Source of the DNA: Octopus sinensis | Lineage: Eukaryota | Reading direction: 5' to 3' | Length of the DNA: 64,000 bases | NCBI RefSeq assembly: GCF_006345805.1 | Contig: NC_043020.1 | Location: forward strand, 17,856,001 to 17,920,000 | Shown here: one piece after another, positions 47,103-59,958 of the stretch | How positions within the stretch are numbered: the first letter of the stretch is position 1 | Layout of the letters: each line of letters begins with the position of its first letter | The notes under the pieces: model-generated | Seen by the model: the letters and a program-made list of their open reading frames with translations, nothing else | Database searches by the model: none | Told to the model about the DNA's origin: nothing | Translations under genes and position numbers: made by a program

Positions 47103-49476
47103 GTTGTTATAGACTAGTTCCCTCCCTCAAAATTTCAGACCTCGTGCCTATAATAGAAAGGATTGTTAAAGTAATGAGTTGGCAGAGTCATTAGCACATC
47201 AGACAGTGTTTTGTAGCATTTCTTCTGTTGCTTTATGTTCTGAGTTCAGATTCCATCAAGGTTAACTTTGCCTTTTATCCTTTTGGGATCACTTAATAAG
47301 TTCCATTTGAGAACTAGGGCTTGATGCAACCAATTTAGCCCCTCTCCTCAAATTGCCAGACTTGTGCCAACAATTTGAAACACTTATAAAGGCGGCAAGC
47401 TGACAAAATTGATTAGCACAATGGACAAAATGCTTAGCAGCATTTCTTGACATTTCATTCTGGATTCAAATTCCTCTGAGGTCAACTTTGCCTTTTGTCC
47501 TTTTAAGGCTGATTAAATAAATACTAGTCAAGCACTGGGGTTGTAGTCATTGACTCGTCCACATGCCCCAGATTTCATGCTTTCTGCCAGTAGTAGACAG
47601 AATTATTATTATTATTATTATTATTTCTTTTAATTAAGGCAGCGAGCTGGCAGAATCGTTAGCATGTGGGGCGAAATGCTTAGTGGTATTTTGTCTTTAT
47701 GTTCTGAGTTCAAATTCCACTGAGGTCAACTTTGCTTTTCATCCTTTTGGGGCGGGGGTCAATAAATTAAGTACCAGTTGCATACTGGAGTCAATCTAAT
47801 CCACTGGCCCCCTCCCCCCAAATTTCAAGCCTTGTGCCTATTGTAAAAAGGATTATTTCTTTTTATCACAGGTTTTGTTGGAACTCCTGGACTCTTGCAT
47901 GCACAGTGGGTTGCTGTCTGCAGCCTCCAGTACCATGCTGTTTGTTCTTTTCAACTATCTCATACCTTCCTGATTATTCTAGCTGTACCATGGAGACAAC
48001 CATTTTGTAAAATTTCTACTGGGTATCCTATTCTAATTTCTTTTGTATTCCTCTTGATGCCTTCTGATACTGTTCCTGAGAAACCAACAATAACTGACAC
48101 TAACTTCATTTTCTTCATTTTCCGAGGGTTGTATTTATCTTTTTTTTTTGCCTTCCTTCTTAACTATTTGTGGGTCAAAGGGCCATGCAACATCAACTAT
48201 ATAGCACATGTTGTACATCTTGTTGGCCACCACTAGGTCTGGTCTATTATGCTCTAGTATCCGATCTGTTTGGATTGGTTCCATTGATCGGATCAATTGG
48301 AACCCTCGCTTCTATAACTGACAGAGCACCTGTTTTAAGAGCATTGGATAAATGTCTGATAGTATTTATTTCAACTCTGTTTGTCCTGAGTTCAAATCTT
48401 GTCTGTAACCACACTACTTTTCATTTTTGTAGGGGATCAACAAAATAAACCTGAAATCAAGTATTGCAGTTGACCTAATCTACTAATGATGACGATCATC
48501 ATCATCGTTTAGCGTCCGCTTTCCATGCTAGCATGGGTTGGACGGTGCAACTGGGGTCTGGGAAGCCAGAAGGCTGCACCAAGCCCAGTCTGATCTGGCA
48601 ATGTTTCTACGGCTGGATGCCCTTCCTAATGCCGACCACTACATGAGTGTAGTGGGTGCTTTTTACGTGCCAGACGAGGCTGGCAAACGGCCACGATCGG
48701 ATGGTGCTTTTTACGTGCCACCGGCACAGAGGCCAGGCCAGGCTGGCAACGACCACGATCAGATGGTGCTGGCCGTTGCTGTGTCTCAATTAGAAACAAT
48801 TAATTCTGGTTTGTTCTTTTCTGAATTTATATGGTTATTAATTACTTGGCCTAGCCCTATTGAATTATTCTTTCTAATTTCGACTCAAGGCCAACAGATT
48901 TGAGTGCTCAACTGATACTTATTTTATCAATCCTGAAAGGATGAAAGACAATGTTGACCACAGCAGCATTTGAACTCAGAACTTAAAATCTTAAAGAGCT
49001 GAAAGAATTTTATCTGATGCAGTAATGATTCTTATTTCTTTATTGCCCACAAGGGGCTAAACACAGAAGGGACAAACAAGGACAGACAAACGGATTAAGT
49101 CGATTACATTGACCCCAGTGCGTAACTGGTACTTAATTTATCGACCCCGAAAGGATGAAAGGCAAAGTTGACCTCGGCGGAATTGGAACTCAGAACGTAG
49201 CAGCAGACGAAATACTGCTAAGCATTTCGCCCGGCTCGCTAACGATTCTGCCAGCTTGCCGCCTTGTTGCAGTAAAGATTCTGTCAGCTTGCCACCTTTA
49301 TTGAATGCCTCATCTGTTTGGTGATCTGAAGGTTTTGTGAAGTAAGGTAATTATATGTTACCTAAAATGCAATAGAAATATTTTCACACAAATATATTTA
49401 CATAGACACAGTTTCTTTCAGGTAAAAGTCAGTATTAACTCGTATCTGTGTGGTTAATCTGTAGTGATTAATTGAG

Positions 49477-49862
49477 TCACTTTATCCTGATAGGTGCAAA
49501 GGGAGCCGGTGCCTGAGGTGGCTGTGGCTGTTCAGGCCAAGGGTGGTATAGAAGGACCAGGGGGCATTTATCGTGGGGTGGGTTGATGGGGAGCAAGAAA
49601 GTGTAAGTCTGTCTTTGACACCTGATCTCTACCGCTTGATGTCTGTTATTTTCCATCTGGTCTGTTCCCTTGATAATGGCATGCAACCACTTTGGGTAAT
49701 CCTTGGTAATTGTCCCCCAAGTATTTTGGGGCAATGGAGCAGCAGAGCAGGGTGGCCTTGAACTGGTTTCAGAAATAGAATTTGGGGGTTCCACGTGGTC
49801 TGGTGCCTGAGGCTTTTTTTGTAAAGAGGAGTTGACAGGGGAAGCACATTTGAGGCATACAT
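49477..49862 (-). mobile_element. Decayed LINE ORF2 fragment (probably Tx1/L1-like)
   Basis: HPALLLHCPKI-type C-terminal segment, GC-richer than flanks; weak motif support. Confidence 0.4.
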
Positions 49863-49949
49863 ATAATGTGTTCTGGCCGGTGATTTATGGTTTATAAAAG
49901 TGTAAAATATATCAAAATACTGAACATAGATTTAGCAGTTAGTATTACT

Positions 49950-50220
49950 CAATGTATTTCAGAACTTACCACATCTGTAGTTATAATAGTGAAGTGTACA
50001 AAATACATACCACAACACTAAGAACTATTTCACCTCAACTGGCTCCACTCTCTTTAACATTATGCCAAGACGCATAAAGGAAAGAAAAGAACTCATAACA
50101 TTCAAATGATTCCAGGAGGAATTCTTCCAACAAATTCCAAATAAATCACTTACTCTTAGATATATTTCTGCAAACAATAACTTTTTACTTCATTGGGCTA
50201 TGGTACCTAAATTATGACTG
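49950..50220 (+). mobile_element. CR1-like LINE 3' end
   Basis: GSTLFNIMPRRIKE...FK...FFQQIPNK followed by an ANNNFL-like segment, resembling CR1-clade ORF2 termini. Confidence 0.55.
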
Positions 50221-50328
50221 TAATATGAAACATGATTAGATATTTTCATCAAGTGCTGCTATTTAGTCAATCATGACCTGGGCTAATTCTGTCCAAAATC
50301 TAAGAATACTTACTGCATAGGTAGATAA

Positions 50329-50637
50329 AAGCACATGGCTTAGTGGTTAGGGTATTCAGATCATGATTGTAAGGGCATGAGTTCGATTCTTGGTTGTGCA
50401 TTATGTCCTTGGGCAAAGTACTTCCACATTGCTCCAGTTCACTCAGCAGGCAAAAATGAGTATTTCCTGTATTTCAAACGGTCAGCCTTATCACATTCTG
50501 TGTCTTGCCAAATTTCCCTGAGAACTACATAAAGGGTATGTGTCTGTGGTGTACTCATCCACTTGCATATTAATTTCATGAGCAGGCTGTTCCATTGATT
50601 GGATCGACTGGAACAGCCGTTGTCATAACAGAGTGCC
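50329..50637 (+). mobile_element. tRNA-derived SINE, head E plus tail Y
   Basis: Head and core shared with 53803-54040; tail shared with 55694-56075. Confidence 0.8.
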
Positions 50638-51393
50638 AGTTGGGTAGATAAAAATATATTCAAACACTGACTATATGTGTTGATTAAATATCTGTGTAAT
50701 ATATATGGAAATTCTGACTACATAATTAAAAAAATATACTCACAAGCATAATTATATAATATGATTTAAGATACCAGGGGTGGAACCAACCCACTTATGC
50801 GTACCTTTCCTTCATTGGACACTAAACTCTGCTTGCGAAGACCTGTTGGGGCAAGTGAAAGCGAAATCGAAATCAAATTTGATGACTGGCATCCGTGCTA
50901 GTGGAGCGCTAAGAGTACCATACGAGTGAGATCGTTGCCAGAGCAACAAGCTGGCCTCCATGCCTGTGGCACGTAAAAAGCACCATTTGAGCGTGATTGT
51001 TACCTGCGTCGCCTTACTGGCACGTGAAAAAACATTCGAGCGAGGTTGTTGCCAGTGCCACTGGACTGGCTCCTGTGCAAGTGGCACATAAGGGGCACCA
51101 TTTGAGCGTGGCCGTTGCCAGTACCGCCTGACTGGCCCTCATACCGGTGGCACGTAAAAGCACCCACTACACTCTCGGAGTGGTTGGCGTTAGGAAGAGC
51201 ATCCAGCTGTAGAAACTCTACCAGATCAAGATTGGAGTCTGGTGCAGCCATCTGGTTCGCCAGACCTCAGTCAAATCATCCAACCCATGCCAGCATGGAA
51301 AGCAGACGTTAAATGATGATGATGATGATTTCTTCAAGAAATTAGTGACAGAAATATTGAGTGGAATGCTTTAAAATACTAACAATATATCTA

Positions 51394-52419
51394 TCTATAT
51401 ATATAAAACTCTAGTTGTGTGAGTGTCTGTCCCCTTCGATTTAGATTCCTAACTCCTCCCACATTTTGTGGTGCAGTTTAACCAAATTCGGGTATCTTAT
51501 AGTCGTGATTCATATCGAGCCCGTCTGAGTATTAGCGCGCGTCTACGATGAGTCTACGATTTTAAAAATAATTTAACATCACTTTTTATTCCATTTTAAT
51601 GCATAAAATGCATCGTGTGTCGATGGCGGCGGAGTTGGCGTCCACGCTCACAGCTGCACCTGTTTGCTTCTCCCCCTTCCCTCCCTCGTGAAGATGTGGG
51701 GAAGGGAGTGTAAAGAAATCAACGTCGTAATGCGTTGTCAAGGAGACCAGCGTTCTTTTAGAACAACGACTTCATGGCTTGAAGACACCAAAACAAAAAT
51801 GGCTAAGAAAGCCCGAATTGGCATCCATAAGGGAAGTAACTCTCTAAAAATGCTTATATAGTTATTTCCCTTACAAACCCGAGCAACGCCGGGCGATACT
51901 GCTAGTCTATATATATAAAACTGTAGTTGTGTGAGTGTCTGTCCCCTTTGATTTAGATTCCTAACTCCTCCCACATTTTGCGGTGCAGTTTAACCAAATT
52001 CGGGTATCTTATAGTCGTGATTCATATCGAGCCCGTCTGACTATTAGCGCGCGTCTATGATGAGTCTACGATTTTAAAAATAATTTAACATAATTTTTTA
52101 TTCCATTTTAATGCATAAAATGCATCGTATGTCGATGGCGGCGAAGTTGGCGTCCACGCTCACAGCTGCACCTGTTTGCTTCTCCCCCTTCTTCCCTCCC
52201 TCGTGAAGCTGTGGGGAAGGGAGTGTAAAGAAATCAACGTCGTAATGCGTCGTGAAGGAGACCAGCGTTCTTTTAGAACAACGACTTCATGGCTTGAAGA
52301 CACCAAAACAAAAATGGCTAAGAAAGCCCGAATTGGCATCTATAAAGGAAGTAACTCTCTAAAAATGCTTATATAGTTATTTCCCTTACAAACCCGAGCA
52401 ACGCCGGGCGATACTGCTA
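51394..52419 (+). mobile_element. Head-to-tail dimer of a ~512-bp non-autonomous Helitron
   Basis: Copy 1 is 51394-51905 (TC...hairpin...CTAG) and is joined directly to copy 2, 51906-~52419 (TC...hairpin...CTAT). Same family as 22893-23194. Confidence 0.9.
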
Positions 52420-53802
52420 TTTTATGTATAAATGCACACAATTTCATAGCTATGTAAATTTGCTTGAATGTAGTTCTAACAGTAGCAGGAAATACATGAA
52501 AGTAGCTTACGACATACATAGACTTCAATAGGAGTTAAGGACCAAATCTCCATATTATCCTGTGTATCCTTCCCCTTATTTTAAGACTGCACGGTAAAAT
52601 CTGATGGAGATTTGGCTGTTAGTTCTAGAAAGTCAAGTGACCCCTATAGAGATCTGACTTTTGAATGTTTACCCTTTACTCTGATACGGCTTTTAAGTCT
52701 GTTAGAAATAATTAAGGAATGGCAGTAGAAAATTAACTTAACCCATTGGCATTTAAACTGGCCATATCCAGCCCCTCCTGTTTTATGTTTGAACTGGCCA
52801 GGTCTGGCCTCTCACACCTATCCTACTATGTCATACTAAAAACAGACAATAACATCATCAAAATCTTAAAGCTATGAGACAATACATGACTAATTCAAAA
52901 CAATATGAATAAATAAGCTTTACATTTGGTAGAGTAATTTGAACATTAAAGGGTTAAGGTGTTGGCAGTGGTGGCAGCAGATACAGTGGCAGTGGTGTTG
53001 TAATTATATTCTGAGTTCAAATCTCCTATGCCTTAGGTTCAATTTTTACCTTCCACTCCTGCAGGAGAGATACCAGTCATACACTACAAGTCAATTTTAT
53101 CAGCTACAGTGGTTCTAAATGTGCCAAAGTGGGATATTTAGCTTTAGGGCAGCTTTATAGGCAGACATATAACCAAGGGTCATTCCTCTTGGGACTGGTT
53201 TGTCTAAGAGTATTGACTGTGATTGGAAGGAATTTGGAGCTTCGTAGATGCTCTCTTGGTTGAGTAAAAAGTGATGAAGTAGCATAAAAGGTAATTAGTT
53301 GGACTAAATTAAAGGTGTGGATGTGTGGTAAGAAGTTTGCTTCCAAACAATATGGTTCTGGGTTCAATCCCACTGCACAGCACCTTGGGCAAGTATCTTC
53401 TATATAGCTTCAAGCTGACCAAATCCTTGAGTGGATTTGATAGAAAGAAACTGAAAGAAGCTTGTTGTGTGTGTGTGCCTGTATGTCTGTCTTTTTGTCT
53501 GTATGTCCCTATAACTTAGTGGTTCAGCAAAAGACACCAATAAAATAAGTACCAGGTTTAAAAATATAAGTACTGGGGTCAATTTGTTCAACTAAAAATC
53601 TTCAAGGTGGTGCCCCAGAATGGGGAAGGGGTTAAGTCGATTAAATTAACCTCAGTACTAAACAAGTATTTTTTATCAACACCCAAAAGGATGAAAGTCA
53701 AAGTCGACCTCAGCAGGATTTGAACTTACTTAGTCAAATACTGGCATTGATCATCTTCTGGGAGTCAATGAAATGGATATCAGTCAAATAATAGTCATTG
53801 AT

Positions 53803-54040
53803 GTGGAGGCGCGTGGCTTAGTGGTTAGGGTGTTGAACTCATGATCATAAGGTTGTAGTTTCGATTCCTGGACTGGGCGATGCATTGTGTTCTTGAGCAA
53901 AACACTTCATTTCATGTTGTTCCAGTCCACTCAGCTGGCAAAAATGAGTAACGCTGCGATGGCCTGGCGTCTGTCCAGCTGGGAAACACATACGCCATTG
54001 AAACCGGGTCCATGAGCCTGGCTAGGCTTTAAAAAGGGCA
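53803..54040 (+). mobile_element. tRNA-derived SINE, head E plus tail X (also 30925-31130 + and 57860-58115 -)
   Basis: GGAGGCGCGTGGCTTAGTGG...TTTCGATTCCTGG head, TTGAGCAAAACACTTCATTTC..CCAGTCCACTCAGCTGG core and a tail like 42742-43044. Confidence 0.85.
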
Positions 54041-54788
54041 CATTTGTATATTTTAATAGTCATTGATATTGACTCAGTCATCCTCCCTCTCTTGATTTGT
54101 ACCTTTATGGCACAGCTGTTCCTTCTCCTAAGATATGTGGCCTTGTGCCAATGTAAGAAATCGGTATTATACTTTGTTCTGCACCACCACTACCACTACC
54201 GCCACCTCCACCATTACCAGATGTCCCTCTGTTTTCTAGAGATGTGTATAGCATTGTCTTTTGGCAGAGTAGAATTATCTTTGAATGCTACATCTGTTTG
54301 AGGTTTATTGTGTTTCTTTTTTTTTTTTTGTTGTTGTTCGGGTGTTATTTTACTGTTTTCATCTGGTTGCTTGATTGTGTTGTTGAATATGTGCAATGTG
54401 AGTCATGTAAGATTGTTGGGTAGTGACGCTGTTTTCTAATATGTTGCTGTGTTTTATAGTGTCAGGTGGTGATTATGTCGAGTATGAAGTGTGTGGGTTG
54501 TGTTATGCATTTTAGTATTCAGTGGTGATTGTTTGGTATGTGTTAAGGGAGTTGACTTAATGGTTAATTATAGGGGGCCCGGATTGGATTGGCAGAATCG
54601 TTAGTACATTGGACAAAGAAACTTGTGTTATTTAATTTCTTACAGCTCTTCACATTCTTAGTTTTGTTCCCCATTGAAGTCAGCTTTGCTATTTATCTTT
54701 TTTTGGAGTTGATAAAGTACGAAACAAGTACTGAGGGGGATTTAATCAACTTGTCTCTTATGAAATTTCTGGCCTTTTAGCATGTGTA

Positions 54789-54834
<46 letters not shown>

Positions 54835-55693
54835 CTTACACACAGACATATACACTTATATATACATACTCGCACACATGCATATATACACATGTATATT
54901 TATGTGATATATGTGTATGTGAGTGTATATGTGTGTGTCTATATATGTACACACACAAATATATTTATATGTATATGCAAGTATGTTTATATATATGTAT
55001 GTGTATATGTATGCATGTGTACATATGTATGCATGTATGTATATGTACATATATGCATACATATATATATTTCTTTACTACCCACAAGGGGCTAAACATA
55101 GAGGGGACAAACAAAGACAGACAAAGGGAATAAGTCGATTACATCGACCCCAGTGCGTAACTGGTACTTAATTTATCGACCCTGAAAGGATGAAAGGCAA
55201 AGTTTACCTCGTCAGAATTTGAACTCAGAATGTAACGACAGACGAAATACGGCTACGCATTTCGCCCGGCGTGCTAACGTTTCTGCCAGCTCGCCGCCCT
55301 TATGCATGCATATATAGACATACATATATATAAACATAGTTGTGTATATTGTGTATATGCGTATATGTACATAGTCAAAAGTATTTATGCATATGCAGGT
55401 ATATTTATAGATGTATGTATGTGTGTGTATATAAATGTGTGTGTGTGTATATAAATGTGTGTGTGTGTGTATATAAGTGTGTGTACACACACACATATGT
55501 AAGCAAGGGGAATGTCATCCCAGCAGTGATTCGTGAGAACATCAGACATGTTTCAGCCTTCTGTGGCTTTGCCAATATTTTGGACACAGTCCTCCTTCAG
55601 ATACTCGGGAATAGTCTAGGAGAGAGACTAGGAAGAGAAGAAATGAGATAAAAAGAAAAAAAACGTGTGTGTAGGCATATGTGTGTACGTCTA

Positions 55694-56075
55694 GGAGGCG
55701 CAATGGCCCAGTGGTTAGGGCAGCGGACTCGCGGTCATAGGATCGCGGTTTCGATTCCCAGACCGGGCGTTGTGAGTGTTTATTGAGCGAAAACACCTAA
55801 AGCTCCACAAGGCTCCGGCAGGGGGTTGTGGTGATCCCTGCTGTACTCTTTCACCACAACTTTCTCTCACTCTTACTTCCTGTTTCTGTTGTACCTGTAT
55901 TTCAAAGGGCCGGCCTTGTCACTCTCTGTGTCACGCTGAATATCCCTGAGAACTACGTTAAGGGTACACGTGTCTGTGGAGTGCTCAGCCAGTTACATGC
56001 TAATTTCACGAGCAGGCTGTTCCGTTGATTCGGATCAACCGGAACCCTCATCGTCGTAACCGACGGAGTGCTTCC
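55694..56075 (+). mobile_element. tRNA-derived SINE, head D plus tail Y
   Basis: Same head as 42742-43044; the tail CCTGAGAACTACGTTAAGGG...TTTCACGAGCAGGCTGTTCC is shared with 50329-50637. Confidence 0.88.
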
Positions 56076-56742
56076 AAAATGTGTGTATGTGTGTGTGTGC
56101 TAACAGTTGAAATATGGTTGAGGCATATTTAAGCATATTAGAAGCCATTCGCTGTATTTTGTCTTGGAGAAAATCTCTTGCTGCAGACAAATAGGTGAAA
56201 ACACACCAAGTCAGTTAAAAGCACCTCCTAACCAAACTGATGGATGCATGCATTTTGGATTAGTTATCTTTTCTTTAACATCAGACACTGGAAGGGGGAG
56301 GTGCAACACACACGCCCCTACAGATATATACATATATAGGTGCAGGAGTGGCTGTGCGGTAAGTAGCTTGCTTACCAACCACATGGTTCTGGGTTCAGTC
56401 CCACTGCGTGGCGTGTTGGGCAAATATCTTCTACTATAGCCATGGGCCAACCAAAGCCTTGTGAGTGGATTTGGTAGACGGAAACTGAAAGAAGCCCGTC
56501 GTATATATGTATATATATATATGTGTGTGTATGTTTGTGTGTCTGTGTTTGTCCCCTAGCATTGCTTGACAACTGATGCTGGTGTGTTTTCCGTCGCCGT
56601 CACTTAGCAGTTTGGCAAAAGAGACCGATAGAATAAGTACTGGGCTTACAAAGAATAAGTCCTGGGGTCGATTTGCTTGCCTAAAGGCGGTGCTCCAGCA
56701 TTGCCGCAGTCAAATGATTGAAATAAGTAAAAAAGTAAAGAG

Positions 56743-56814
<72 letters not shown>

Positions 56815-56872
56815 ATATTATATATACATACATGTGTGTGTATGTATGTGTGTGTGTATTATCATCAGTTAA

Positions 56873-57091
56873 CCTTTTGTTACTGTATTTATTTTGAGAT
56901 GCTCTGTGTTTCTTCAATTAATTTTAAATTTAACAAAGAATTTAGTAAAATAACTTAGTTATCATTCAGCTAGTCTTAGGAACATTAATTGTGACTAAGG
57001 TTTGGTGGAAGATTTTAATTCAAACCTTATGAAAACAAGACATTTGTACTCAGAGCCAAAGGTGGTTTCAGCCAGGTTGGTAACAAAAGGG
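56873..57091. mobile_element. piggyBac-type MITE family 2 (also 61246-61467)
   Basis: TTAA|CCTTTTGTTAC...GTAACAAAAGGG|TTAA; two related copies. Confidence 0.85.
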
Positions 57092-57094
57092 TTA

Positions 57095-57830
57095 ATGTTT
57101 GTTTTCCATGCTGGCATGGCTTAGATGATTTGCCTGGGACTGGTAAGCCAGAGAGCTACACCAGGCTCCAGTTGTCTGTTTTGGTATGGTTTCTACAGCT
57201 GGATGCACTTCCTAATGCCAACCACTTTTCAGGGTGTACTGGATACCTTTTACCTGTCACCAGCGCTAGCAGTGACCATGATTCACTTAGCTTAACATGT
57301 CTTCTCAAGCACAGCAAATTGCTAGAAGTTTTGGTCTCTTGTCATTGCCTGTGTGAGATTCTACAACTGAAGATTATATTTCACCACCTTGTCCCATGTC
57401 TTCCTGGCTCCACCTTTTCTACAGGTTTCCTTCACAATTAGAGATCAGCACTTCTTTACACAGCTCTCCTTGTCCATATGCATCACATGACCATACCACC
57501 ACCATCCTCTCTCTTGCACACTACATCTGATACCTCTTATACCTAATTTTTCTCTAAAATCACTTACACTCTATCATACATGCACACTGACATTACACAT
57601 TTCAGAGCATGCTGGTTTCATTTCCTTCAAGCATTCACATGTACTCTGCAGTCACAGCCCATGTTTCACTGCCACGTAGCATGGCTGTTCATACACAGGC
57701 ATCATACAATCTGCCTTTCACTCTGAGGGAGAGGCCCTTTGTTACCAACAAAGGTAGAAGCTCTCTGAACTTTGCCCAGCCTGTTCTTATTCTAGCAGCT
57801 ATGCTCTCAAAGCATCCAAGGTGACACCAG
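57095..57830 (-). mobile_element. RTE LINE 3' region contiguous with its family-C 3' UTR
   Basis: WAKFRELLPLLVTKGLSLRVKGRLYDACV...GSETW on the minus strand, running into GGCATCCAGCTGTAGAAAC-like UTR. Confidence 0.82.
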
Positions 57831-58129
57831 TGTGGTAGATAGTGATCAAGGACATTGATCAATAAGGGATAAGGATCCTTTCTGAGTCATATATACTCAT
57901 GGAACTAGTTTACCAGTTTCCATAGCATTTATGTTCCCCTCTGGATGGGACACTGGTCCATTGCAAAATAGCTAAATTTTGCCAGTTGAGTGGACTGGAG
58001 CAATGTGAAATGAAGTGTCTTGCTCAAGAACACAACACATTGCCTGATCCAGGAATTTAAACCACTATCTTACAATCATGAGTCCGACAGCCTAACCATT
58101 ACCACTCGCCTCCACTTTAGGAGAGGGTA

Positions 58130-58670
58130 AACCACAGGTTTATTAGAGATATTTGTGGAGATGCTTAAAATATCCGGTGCAGTTGGATACAAGAATAGAA
58201 CCCAAATATTTAATTGAGTTATACAAGAAAGAATCCCACTCAATGATGGGCATAGCAGTATCCTTGTAAACTGCTACAGTGGCAAAGGAGATGCTTCAGA
58301 GAGAAGCAGTTACAGAAGAATCAAACTACTGGATCAAGTTATGAAGGTCACAGACAGGGTCATAGCACAGTTGATCCGTGACAGAATAGAGTTAGAAGAA
58401 GAGATGCAATTTGGCTTCACGCCTAGAAGTACTGCAGGAAAAATATTTAGCTAAGAATAAACCACTGTTCCTGGTATTCATTGATTTGGAGAATGCATTT
58501 GGTAGGGTACTGCATTCAATAAGTTGGTAGTCCCTAAAGAGACAAAGTATGGACAAATGGCTTGTGAAGCTGTACAGGCCATGTACAAAGATACAGCTAG
58601 TAAAGTGAGAATCAACAGCAATTTCCGTGATGAATTTAGTGTGAAGGTAGGAGTCCATCATTGCTTATAA
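58130..58670 (+). mobile_element. RTE reverse transcriptase fragment, host of the mariner insertion (continues 59961-59978)
   Basis: YSGKGDA..R.SYRRIKLL..VMKV, MQFGF, FIDLENAF, VKVGVH; LLII|VLQAIT is restored across the mariner. Confidence 0.85.
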
Positions 58671-58672
58671 TA

Positions 58673-59958
58673 TTAGGTTGTCAAGAAAGTTCTTGCGGAA
58701 TTTTTAATTTTGGCTTTAAATGATGTATTTGCAAATTAATTTTTGTCAAATTACTTTGACTTTATATATCATTTTAAAGCCCGTTTTTCACTCTATCTAA
58801 TTGTGTTATTTTCTTTCTATTTGACTAATTAGGCCATTTTTTGCGGAACGTTGAATATGACACAGACAAAAAGCAAATTCGCACAATTTTTTTTATTCCA
58901 GTTCAAGCTAGGCCGAAAAGCTGCTAAAACAGCTCACAATATCAACAATGCATTTGACCCAGGAACCACTAATGAACGTACAGCACAATGGTGGTTCAAG
59001 AAATTTCGTAGCGGTGATGAGAGTCTTGAGATGATAAGCGTAGTGGTCAGCCATCAGATGTTGACGACGATCAACTATGAGCCTTAATGGAAGCCAATAC
59101 ATGCACAACTGTTTGAGAGCTTGCTTCTGAATTAGACATAATGTAAACAACAATTTCCAATGACTTGAAAGAGATTGGAAAAACAAAAATACTTGAGAAA
59201 TGGGTGCTGCACAAATTGAACGACAACCAAAAAGAACGCTGTTCTGAAGTGTTGTCTTCCCTTCTTTTACGCAACAAGAACGACCTATTTTTCGACCAGA
59301 TTGTGACTTGTGATGAAAAGTGGATTCTTTACAACAACCGGCAATGCTCAGTCCAGTGGTTGGACGCCATCAAAGCTCCATGGCACTTCCTGAAACCAAA
59401 GTTGCAGCAAAAGAAGGTCATGGTGACTGTTTGGTGGTCTGCGGCTGGTCTCATCCATCACAGCTTTTTGGATCCAGGCAAAACCATTATGGTGGAGAAG
59501 TGCTGTCAGTAAATGGATGAAATGCATAAGAAACACCGACAACAACAGCCAGCATTGGTCAATAGAAAAGGACCAATTCTTCTCCATGACAACATTCGAC
59601 CACACGTTGCACAACTGACCCTGCAGAAGTTGAACGAATTGGGCTACGAAACTCTACCTCATCTGCCATACTCACCAGACCTCTAGCCTATCGACTACCA
59701 CTTTTTCAAGCATCTCAACAACTTCCTGTGTGAGATTTGCTTCAAAAACCAAGACGATGCCAAACACGCCTTCAGTGACTTCATCACCACCAGAATGCAG
59801 GATTCTTACGTTACTGGCATAAATAAACTTGTTTCGCATTGGCAAAAGTGTGCTGATTCTAATGGTGCTTATTTCGATTAATAAAGTTTTGTTTGAGCCG
59901 AGATATGTGCATCTGAATTTAAAGGTTAAACACCGCAAGAACTTTCTTGACAACCTGA
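58673..59958 (+). mobile_element. Full-length (1286 bp) mariner, cecropia/Hsmar1-like, inactivated transposase
   Basis: 26-bp TIRs TTAGGTTGTCAAGAAAGTTCTTGCGG (1 mismatch) and TA TSD. DD34D spacing counted (TCDEKW, LHDN-34-PIDY); stop at 59879-59881; several internal stops and frameshifts. Confidence 0.95.

Larger units (their letters stand above)
44235..47855 (+). mobile_element. Cluster of ~10 SINE family B copies, all plus strand (interleaved with other elements); isolated young copies at 2328-2536, 3345-3541, 20735-20960, 25868-26097, 39518-39747, 41222-41450, 49030-49265, 55072-55300
   Basis: Same B-family head and core (B-box-like GAGTTCAAATTCC) with several alternative tails, joined by (TTA)n. 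Confidence 0.9.

Noticed and set aside
56185-56211. RQIGENTPS as a possible Ras exon 2 (cf. RFIGEYDPT)
   Set aside because: No preceding ALTVRFLT-like residues, no suitable phase-1 acceptor, and the ORF runs into SINE A.
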